In this document: one piece after another, positions 18,599 through 24,498 of the stretch | How positions within the stretch are numbered: the first letter of the stretch is position 1 | Layout: each line of letters opens with the position of its first letter | IMG/VR virus record: IMGVR_UViG_3300028864_000017 | Length of the DNA: 64,000 bases | Strand: one strand, 5' to 3' | Origin: a virus | Taxonomy: Duplodnaviria > Caudoviricetes | Position numbers and translations under genes: made by a program | The notes under the pieces: model-generated | Told to the model about the DNA's origin: nothing | Databases searched by the model: none | Seen by the model: the letters and a program-made list of their open reading frames with translations, nothing else

Positions 18599-18835
18599 TT
18601 GAATATGAAATATAAAGTAGATTATTACACAAGCACTGGTACAATGTCAGACAATGATTTCATAGGTATATTTAATACTCCTAAAGAAGCCAGTGATGCA
18701 AAAACAGAGTACATAAAAGTGTATATGGGAGAATCAAAAGAAGAATATTGTGAACTAAACGAATGTGATGAAGAAGAATATTATGATGAATTAAAAAATT
18801 ATGAAAATTCAATAGTCATTGAACCAATATTATAA
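18599..18835 (+). CDS. small acidic hypothetical protein
   Basis: 78-aa ORF. Confidence 0.7.
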   Translation: MNMKYKVDYYTSTGTMSDNDFIGIFNTPKEASDAKTEYIKVYMGESKEEYCELNECDEEEYYDELKNYENSIVIEPIL

Positions 18836-18868
18836 TTTTTATTTATTTAAATAATAAGTTTAGAAACA

Positions 18869-18999
18869 TTTGGTAGATTAAAAACTTTTTATTACTTTTG
18901 TACTATCATATTAAAAGTAGAAAAAAATGATAGTTTTTCATTAATATAAAAAAAAGATTGAAAAATGTTTGGTAGAATGAAAACTTTTTATTACTTTTG
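18869..18999 (+). promoter_or_regulatory. two tandem near-identical Bacteroidota promoters upstream of tRNA region
   Basis: TTTG-N20-TACTTTTG at 18869-18900 and 18968-18999 within a direct repeat of about 50 bp. Confidence 0.8.
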
Positions 19000-19113
19000 T
19001 ACTATCATATTAAAAGAAAATAAAAAATAGAAAAAAATGACTTTTTTTCTATTATATATAACAAAGAATAAACTTTATAGAAAATAAAAACTAATATAAA
19101 AAAGCAAAACAAG

Positions 19114-19203
19114 ATGTATCGTAATCTATATATAAATGAGGAAATGTGTAACAACGAAATTATCAATAATATTGATGATACATCCCAATTGACTGAGAAA
19201 TAA
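19114..19203 (+). CDS. putative attenuator leader peptide 1
   Basis: 29 aa MYRNLYINEEMCNNEIINNIDDTSQLTEK followed by terminator. Confidence 0.55.
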   Translation: MYRNLYINEEMCNNEIINNIDDTSQLTEK

Positions 19204-19228
19204 AATTAAGGCTTATGCCTATAATTAT

Positions 19229-19262
19229 AAATCCAGTCAATTAAAAAATGACTGGATTTTTT
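19229..19262 (+). terminator. attenuator-type terminator 1
   Basis: aaatccagtca/tgactggattt stem with T tract; 5' arm complementary to 19187-19195. Confidence 0.75.
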
Positions 19263-19265
19263 GTT

Positions 19266-19499
19266 ATGAAAAAAGTTAAAGAAAATAAAATTGATGAATC
19301 AGCAGAAGTAGTAAATAAAATTCAAAAAAATTATGATGAACTGAAAAGGAAATCTGATAGAACTGAAAAATTTATAATGTTTGCTGATAAAATCAAAATT
19401 GATTATAGTGAAGTTCCTAAAACAGAAAAAGGAATGAATTCAAAAGCAAAAGAGATTGCTAAGAAACTTTATAAGAAAATAGATAAAGAAAAAGATTAA
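19266..19499 (+). CDS. small basic hypothetical protein
   Basis: ATG just after terminator; Lys/Glu-rich. Confidence 0.65.
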   Translation: MKKVKENKIDESAEVVNKIQKNYDELKRKSDRTEKFIMFADKIKIDYSEVPKTEKGMNSKAKEIAKKLYKKIDKEKD

Positions 19500-19506
19500 A
19501 ATATAT

Positions 19507-19578
19507 CGCGCGGTAGGGAAGTGATACCCCGCAAGGCTCATAACCTTGAGAACGCTGGTTTGAGTCCAGCCTGCGCAA
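19507..19578 (+). tRNA. tRNA-Met(CAT), initiator-like
   Basis: Cloverleaf; C1:A72 mismatch; caagg-ctCATaa-ccttg. Confidence 0.85.
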
Positions 19579-19583
19579 CAATT

Positions 19584-19664
19584 AAAAAACTATATTGAAC
19601 AGCACCTCACTGGTAATGGGGACAATGCGAGTACACTAGCAGCTAAACTCAAAATAGTTTTTTT
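19584..19664 (+). ncRNA. candidate structured RNA of unknown type
   Basis: GC-richer insert closed by aaaaaactat/atagtttttt stem, with internal hairpins. Confidence 0.35.
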
Positions 19665-19691
19665 AAAAATAATAAATTAAAAGTAAATATC

Positions 19692-19826
19692 ATGAATAAC
19701 ATTAATAACATATACAGCATTTATCGCAATTGTAATATTAATTACAATATGGAAGAGATATGTATTAATATGATTAATAATGATTATATTAATGATGATG
19801 AAAATAATGTAGGAAGAACTGGATAA
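19692..19826 (+). CDS. putative attenuator leader peptide 2
   Basis: 44 aa MNNINNIYSIYRNCNINYNMEEICINMINNDYINDDENNVGRTG, 14 Asn. Confidence 0.55.
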   Translation: MNNINNIYSIYRNCNINYNMEEICINMINNDYINDDENNVGRTG

Positions 19827-19852
19827 GTTAAAAAATTATTATGTGAATAATA

Positions 19853-19890
19853 AAAAAACTCAGTTCTTAAAAATAAGAACTGAGTTTTTT
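19853..19890 (+). terminator. attenuator-type terminator 2
   Basis: aaaaactcagttctta/taagaactgagttttt stem; 5' arm complementary to 19814-19821. Confidence 0.8.
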
Positions 19891-19933
19891 ATTTTTAAAT
19901 GCTCTTTGAAATACTAGATAATGAATAATAAAT

Positions 19934-20016
19934 GGGAGTAATGCTCAAATTGGTCAGGCGCAAAACTGTAAATTTTGTAACCTTTTAGGTCGTCAGTTCG
20001 AATCTGGCTGCTCCCA
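19934..20016 (+). tRNA. tRNA-Tyr(GTA)
   Basis: caaaa-ctGTAaa-ttttg; variable arm; TTCGAAT. Confidence 0.9.
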
Positions 20017-20026
20017 CAAAAAACAC

Positions 20027-20098
20027 GATGCGTTCGTATATCGGAAAGTACTCTAGGTTTTCAACCTAGCAAGATGAGTTCAACTCTCATACGCATTA
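20027..20098 (+). tRNA. tRNA-Glu(TTC)
   Basis: ctagg-ttTTCaa-cctag. Confidence 0.85.
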
Positions 20099-20106
20099 CA
20101 AAAAAT

Positions 20107-20179
20107 GGGATATAGGTCAAATGGTTAAGATGTCACCCCGTCACGGTGCACGGAGCGAGTTCGAATCTCGTATATCCCG
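20107..20179 (+). tRNA. tRNA-Asp(GTC)
   Basis: cacc-ccGTCac-ggtg; short variable loop. Confidence 0.85.
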
Positions 20180-20202
20180 CTTATTATCAAAAAATTAAAA
20201 AT

Positions 20203-20290
20203 GCATTGGTTGCTTTAGTCGGTCGAAAAGTCTGGTCTGTTAAACCAGTAAGAGTAATCTTCAACGTAGGTTCGAATCCTATCCAGTGCG
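20203..20290 (+). tRNA. atypical tRNA with GTT (Asn) anticodon and long variable arm
   Basis: GCATTGG/CCAGTGC acceptor, G73, ctggt-ctGTTaa-accag, V-arm aaga-gtaa-tctt. Confidence 0.75.
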
Positions 20291-20296
20291 CAAAAA

Positions 20297-20368
20297 GGGA
20301 GTGTAGCTCAAAGGTAGAGCGTTTCGCTGTTAACGAAAGTGTTGGGATGTCGCAATTCCCCACTCCCG
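20297..20368 (+). tRNA. tRNA-Asn(GTT)
   Basis: tttcg-ctGTTaa-cgaaa; short variable loop; non-consensus T-loop (gtcgcaa). Confidence 0.8.
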
Positions 20369-20448
20369 CGAATAAATGATTAACTTTAAACTTTAATCTT
20401 TTTTAATATTATATATTTTTATATATACAATAAAAATATAAATAAATT

Positions 20449-21273
20449 ATGGAAAGCATTAAAACTAAAATATTATCATTAAGAAAAGAAGGAAAAACAT
20501 ACAATGAAATATCAGAATTATTAAATTGTTCAAAAGGTACAATATCTTATCATTGTAAAAAATTATATAATAATATTGAATTAAATAAAAAAAACACAAA
20601 ATTATCAAATTTAAAAAAATTAAAAAATATACCAAATATAGATTTTGGTGATGAGATATCTGATGAGATTTTTAAAAAAGTTATTGAATATCGAATAAAT
20701 GGTAATACATATGAAGAAATAATAGAAAAAACTAAATTATCTTTAGATAAAATTAAAAAAATATGCAGATTAAATAATATCAATGATGGTAATTATAAAA
20801 AAAATAATTATTGTAAAATATATGAAAACGTTAATAATGATGACGTTATTGAAATGCAAAAATACTATGATGAATGTAAAAGTACAAGAAAAGTATCTAA
20901 AAAATTCAATATTGGTAGATATCAAATATCTAAAATTTTAATTATAAATAAAAAAGAAAAATTATCTAAAGAAGAGTATAAAATAAAAAGAAAAAATGAT
21001 ATTGTAAATAATGTTATTAGTTGGAGAAAAGATAAAAAAAGGAAACTTGTTGAATATAAAGGAGGAAAATGCGAAAGGTGTGGATATGATAAATGTATAG
21101 ATGTATTTGATTTTCATCATAAAGATCCTACTCAAAAAGATTTTGGAATAAGTGCAAAATCTTATTCATATGAAAGATTAAAAAAAGAAGTTGATAAATG
21201 TATGTTAGTGTGTAAAAATTGTCACACAGAAATACATTATGAAATAAAAAATAAAAATGGTTCTGGCGCATAA
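20449..21273 (+). CDS. HNH homing endonuclease with N-terminal HTH repeats
   Basis: GGKCERCGY...FDFHHKDP...CMLVCKNCHTEIH; two HTH-like segments; free-standing in tRNA cluster. Confidence 0.9.
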   Translation: MESIKTKILSLRKEGKTYNEISELLNCSKGTISYHCKKLYNNIELNKKNTKLSNLKKLKNIPNIDFGDEISDEIFKKVIEYRINGNTYEEIIEKTKLSLDKIKKICRLNNINDGNYKKNNYCKIYENVNNDDVIEMQKYYDECKSTRKVSKKFNIGRYQISKILIINKKEKLSKEEYKIKRKNDIVNNVISWRKDKKRKLVEYKGGKCERCGYDKCIDVFDFHHKDPTQKDFGISAKSYSYERLKKEVDKCMLVCKNCHTEIHYEIKNKNGSGA

Positions 21274-21344
21274 CGGCTGGTGTACCTGACTGTCACTCAG
21301 GCTTCTCGTAAGGGATATAGGGAATTCGACTTTCCTCAGAACCG
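21259..21344 (+). tRNA. atypical tRNA with GTC (Asp) anticodon and long variable arm
   Basis: GGTTCTG/CAGAACC acceptor, G73, cctga-ctGTCac-tcagg, V-arm tctc-gtaa-ggga. Confidence 0.75.
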
Positions 21345-21354
21345 CAAAGATAAT

Positions 21355-21436
21355 GGAAATATCGCATAGTGGCAATTGCAACTGACTGTAAATCAGTTCT
21401 TTCACAAGTTCGTGGGTTCGAGTCCCTCTATTTCCA
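21355..21436 (+). tRNA. tRNA-Tyr(GTA)
   Basis: actga-ctGTAaa-tcagt. Confidence 0.9.
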
Positions 21437-21443
21437 CAAAAAT

Positions 21444-21517
21444 GACCGAGTGCCCGAATGGAATAAAGGGATAGTCTGCAAAACTATATTGTGTGGGTTC
21501 GAGTCCCACCTTGGCCT
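21444..21517 (+). tRNA. tRNA-Cys(GCA)
   Basis: atagt-ctGCAaa-actat; U73. Confidence 0.85.
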
Positions 21518-21530
21518 CAATGAACATTAT

Positions 21531-21600
21531 GCCGAAGCTTAGTGGAAAAGAGATTTCTCTCATAAGGAAATCCAAATGAGTTCGAACCTCATATTCGGTA
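21531..21600 (+). pseudogene. degenerate tRNA(CAT)
   Basis: Intact anticodon (ctCATaa) and T arms; 2-3 nt missing between acceptor and D arm. Confidence 0.5.
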
Positions 21601-21667
21601 CAGAGTTTATTATTATGACTAGTATCATACTAATAGTATGTTATGATTAATAAAAATAAACTAAAAT

Positions 21668-21741
21668 AGTCTTGTATATCAGTCGGTTAGATTGTCATCC
21701 TGATAAGATGGAGGTCGTGAGTTCAAGTCTCACCAGGACTA
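21668..21741 (+). tRNA. tRNA-Ile(GAT)
   Basis: catc-ctGATaa-gatg; canonical cloverleaf. Confidence 0.9.
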
Positions 21742-21752
21742 CTAAATAACAT

Positions 21753-21829
21753 TGGTGAATATACCCTCTGCCTGATAAGTAGTAGAAAGGTTAATTGGTC
21801 ACATGTGGGTTCAATTCCCACTTCACCAA
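21753..21829 (+). ncRNA. tRNA-like RNA (GAT) without D-arm; D-loop-like motif 3' of anticodon arm
   Basis: TGGTGAA/TTCACCA acceptor, ctgc-ctGATaa-gtag, aagg-ttaattggt, gtggg-ttcaatt-cccac. Confidence 0.7.
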
Positions 21830-21842
21830 CAATAAAAAACAC

Positions 21843-21921
21843 ACTGTCGTATCCCCACTGGCTTATATCCAGTCATTAACAAGGTAATTGGTGTATGAGG
21901 GTTCAAGTCCCTTCGGCAGTA
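21843..21921 (+). ncRNA. tRNA-like RNA (TAT) without D-arm; D-loop-like motif 3' of anticodon arm
   Basis: ACTGTCG/CGGCAGT acceptor, actgg-ctTATat-ccagt, aagg-taattggt, gaggg-ttcaagt-ccctt. Confidence 0.7.
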
Positions 21922-21934
21922 CAATAAACAACAA

Positions 21935-22059
21935 GGTAGTGTAACTCAAAAGCACAAAGGGGATAATTATGAAACTAGAATAAATAATTTGAAACGAGCG
22001 AAGGATAGAGTGCTGGGCCGATGTCTCAGAAGTTGATGGTTCGAGTCCATCTGCTACCA
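21935..22059 (+). tRNA. tRNA(GAT)-like gene with about 50-nt insertion in D-loop
   Basis: GGTAGTG/TGCTACC acceptor, actc/gagt D-stem, ctggg-ccGATgt-ctcag, TTCGAGT. Confidence 0.6.
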
Positions 22060-22068
22060 CAAAAATAT

Positions 22069-22151
22069 GTGATTAATATGACACAGGTAGTCATGTCAGT
22101 ATGTAAAACTGATCTCTTCGGAGGTTGTGGGTTCGAGCCCAACTAGTACCA
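22069..22151 (+). pseudogene. degenerate tRNA-Tyr(GTA)-like sequence
   Basis: tcagt-atGTAaa-actga, ttcg variable arm and T arm present; acceptor stem poorly paired. Confidence 0.4.
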
Positions 22152-22219
22152 CAAAAAATATTTAATACAATTTATATTATTTATATAATTATCACTATTT
22201 ATATATAAATAAAAAAAAT

Positions 22220-22759
22220 ATGAATAAATTAGTCGAGAAATTTAAATCATCACAAGAAAAATTTGCAATATTTTTATCAGATTCATTATCTAGTATGACA
22301 ATGTTTTGGATAATTACAATATTAGTTATATTTCCATTATTTTTTAGTCAGCCATCAGGTTTAGTTGCATGGATGCAATATTTAGTATCAGTTTTCTTTC
22401 AAGGAGTAGCATTACCAGTTTTAGGATATATTGCTAAGATAAGTGGAAGTAGAACTGATGCAATAATATCAAAGATTGAAGAATTATCCGAAAAAATAGA
22501 AGCTATGACAGAGCATATAAATGTTGATGTTGATGACATAAAAACTCATGTAGTTGATATTGATATTGAATTAAAAGATGTAGATACTGATGTTAGTGAC
22601 ATAAAAAGTCATGTTGATGATATAGATATTGAGTTAAAGTATGCTGACACAGACGTTAATGAAATACAAAATCATGTTGATAATATACAAGAAGATTTAA
22701 AAAATGTAGACTTTGACATAAATAACATTCAAGATAATATAGAAAAAGAAAAAAAATAA
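22220..22759 (+). CDS. membrane protein with C-terminal coiled-coil repeats
   Basis: Two TM helices followed by D/I/V-rich heptad repeats. Confidence 0.8.
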   Translation: MNKLVEKFKSSQEKFAIFLSDSLSSMTMFWIITILVIFPLFFSQPSGLVAWMQYLVSVFFQGVALPVLGYIAKISGSRTDAIISKIEELSEKIEAMTEHINVDVDDIKTHVVDIDIELKDVDTDVSDIKSHVDDIDIELKYADTDVNEIQNHVDNIQEDLKNVDFDINNIQDNIEKEKK

Positions 22760-22830
22760 TTTACATTAAAATTATCATTGTATAAAAATTTTAATATAAT
22801 TTGTACTATTTATACATAAAGACAAATGAT

Positions 22831-23211
22831 ATGGATAATTTAGTAGAAAATATTAAGTCGGAGCAAGAAAATATATCATTAAGAACTGATGATATTATTA
22901 CAAAGATAGAAGAGTTATCTAAAAAAATAGACACAATAACTGCACAAATAACAAATGAAGTTAGTGAAATAAAAAATATTATTTATGACATACAACAAAA
23001 TATAAAAAATGTTGATACTGATGTTGATAATATAGTAGGTAATGTAGGTGAAATAAAAGGAGAATTAAAGGATGTTGATTCTGATATTAGTAAAATCAAA
23101 GATGATATTAAAAATGATAATTTGGAAGATATTAAAGACAGTGAAGAATTAAAAAACGCAATAAAAAAGAAATCTGGTGGAATTACATATAATGTAGTTA
23201 TTCAACAATAA
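22831..23211 (+). CDS. coiled-coil protein paralogous to the C-terminus of 22220-22759
   Basis: RTDDIITKIEELSKKI versus RTDAIISKIEELSEKI. Confidence 0.7.
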   Translation: MDNLVENIKSEQENISLRTDDIITKIEELSKKIDTITAQITNEVSEIKNIIYDIQQNIKNVDTDVDNIVGNVGEIKGELKDVDSDISKIKDDIKNDNLEDIKDSEELKNAIKKKSGGITYNVVIQQ

Positions 23212-23274
23212 AAAATTTTTAATATTGAATATACAAAAAAATTGTGTATCTTTGTTTTTATTTAAAAAATCAAC

Positions 23275-23760
23275 ATGAAATACGGAATTTACACATTAGT
23301 AATTGAGAATTATATCACTAAAAATTTACCTCTACTAAGTACATTTTCATTAAAAATGGAATTCGGATGGGGTAATGGTTATATATTAATACCTAATAAT
23401 CATCCATCATATGGAGTTTCATATGATGATATGAATACAATAAGTGTACATGGAGGATTAACATATGGTCAATTTTTTGATTCTAAATCATTTTTAGAAT
23501 GGATTGATAATTTAGAAATTGATGGTGATGTAACAATAGATAATTATAAAAAATTAGATAATTATTGGATGATAGGATTTGATACTAATCATTATGGAGA
23601 TAGTATTGAAAAATGTTCTAAAGAATATGTAATACATCAATCTGAATATTTAATGGAACAATGTTTAAATAATAAAATAGAAGGAGTTATGAAATACAAA
23701 TTAGCATACTCAAGAAAAGAAAAATTAAAAAACATTAATCAAGTCATTAAAAATAAATGA
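23275..23760 (+). CDS. conserved phage protein of unknown function
   Basis: WGNGY..P..HP, VHGGLTY, W.IGFDTNH motifs; ends SRKEKLKNI; TATCTTTG upstream. Confidence 0.8.
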   Translation: MKYGIYTLVIENYITKNLPLLSTFSLKMEFGWGNGYILIPNNHPSYGVSYDDMNTISVHGGLTYGQFFDSKSFLEWIDNLEIDGDVTIDNYKKLDNYWMIGFDTNHYGDSIEKCSKEYVIHQSEYLMEQCLNNKIEGVMKYKLAYSRKEKLKNINQVIKNK

Positions 23761-23774
23761 GTAAATACTTACAT

Positions 23775-23846
23775 GTGCTTATAGTGTAATGGATAACACG
23801 TATCACTACGGATGATGAGTTGAAGGTTCGAGTCCTTCTAGGCATA
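23775..23846 (+). tRNA. tRNA-Arg(ACG)
   Basis: atca-ctACGga-tgat; canonical cloverleaf. Confidence 0.9.
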
Positions 23847-23921
23847 CAAAAAAATCAATTTGGACTAATTTAATTTTATATATAAGTTAATTAATAAACT
23901 TAAAATTAAAAAATTAAATAA

Positions 23922-24218
23922 ATGAATAAAATTGAAGAAATTTTCAAATCTTGGAGAATATCATTCAACCCAAATGATGAGCAATCAGATCTTGCAAGTA
24001 AAAGAATTGAAATATGTGATGGGTGTGAGCATAAAGAGATGTTAAATATAGGAGAGATTGATATATTTGCAAGATGTAATTTATGTGGCTGTGCGTTAAA
24101 AGCAAAAATATTCACACCTAAAACATATCAAGATATCGGAGGAACATGTCCTATTCAAAAATGGACTGAAGTTGAAAAAGAGCATTTAGATTCAATTGAA
24201 AATGGAAAGAAAATTTAA
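23922..24218 (+). CDS. small Cys-rich phage protein
   Basis: RIEICDGC...CNLCGC.LKAK...CPIQKW. Confidence 0.8.
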   Translation: MNKIEEIFKSWRISFNPNDEQSDLASKRIEICDGCEHKEMLNIGEIDIFARCNLCGCALKAKIFTPKTYQDIGGTCPIQKWTEVEKEHLDSIENGKKI

Positions 24219-24477
24219 AATAGGTGACATTGTTATTTGTTCTGAAATTTGCAATGACATTAAAGAATATCCTTGGTATCATAAAATTCCTATGTCAATT
24301 ATTGGATTTTCAGAATATGGTAATTGTTACTATACTGATTATTGGGACTCTGATAACATAGGAATGATGACAAATAAGACAATAAATGGAGTAACTTATG
24401 AAAGTATTTCAGAAGAATGTTTAGAGTTTTCTATTAAGCACACAAGAAAAGAGAAATTAAAAAAGCTTCATATTTAA
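24196..24477 (+). CDS. KOW-like small protein with RKEKL tag
   Basis: KFKIGDIV start; ends TRKEKLKKLHI. Confidence 0.7.
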   Translation: MKMERKFKIGDIVICSEICNDIKEYPWYHKIPMSIIGFSEYGNCYYTDYWDSDNIGMMTNKTINGVTYESISEECLEFSIKHTRKEKLKKLHI

Positions 24478-24492
24478 ATATGAAGCTTTTTT
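24460..24492. terminator. bidirectional terminator
   Basis: aaaaagcttcatatt-ta-aatatgaagcttttt between convergent genes. Confidence 0.7.
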
Positions 24493-24498
24493 AATTTT

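Noticed and set aside
19584-19664. preQ1 riboswitch, SRP RNA or tmRNA fragment
   Set aside because: Lacks the recognisable consensus elements of these families; kept only as an unassigned candidate.
21600-21662. AT-rich hairpin between tRNA genes
   Set aside because: Almost entirely A/T pairing in an AT-rich spacer; not distinguishable from chance or a processing spacer.
20146-22060. ORFs 20146-20379, 21205-21405 and 21863-22060
   Set aside because: They overlap tRNA or tRNA-like genes and are read-outs of RNA sequence.
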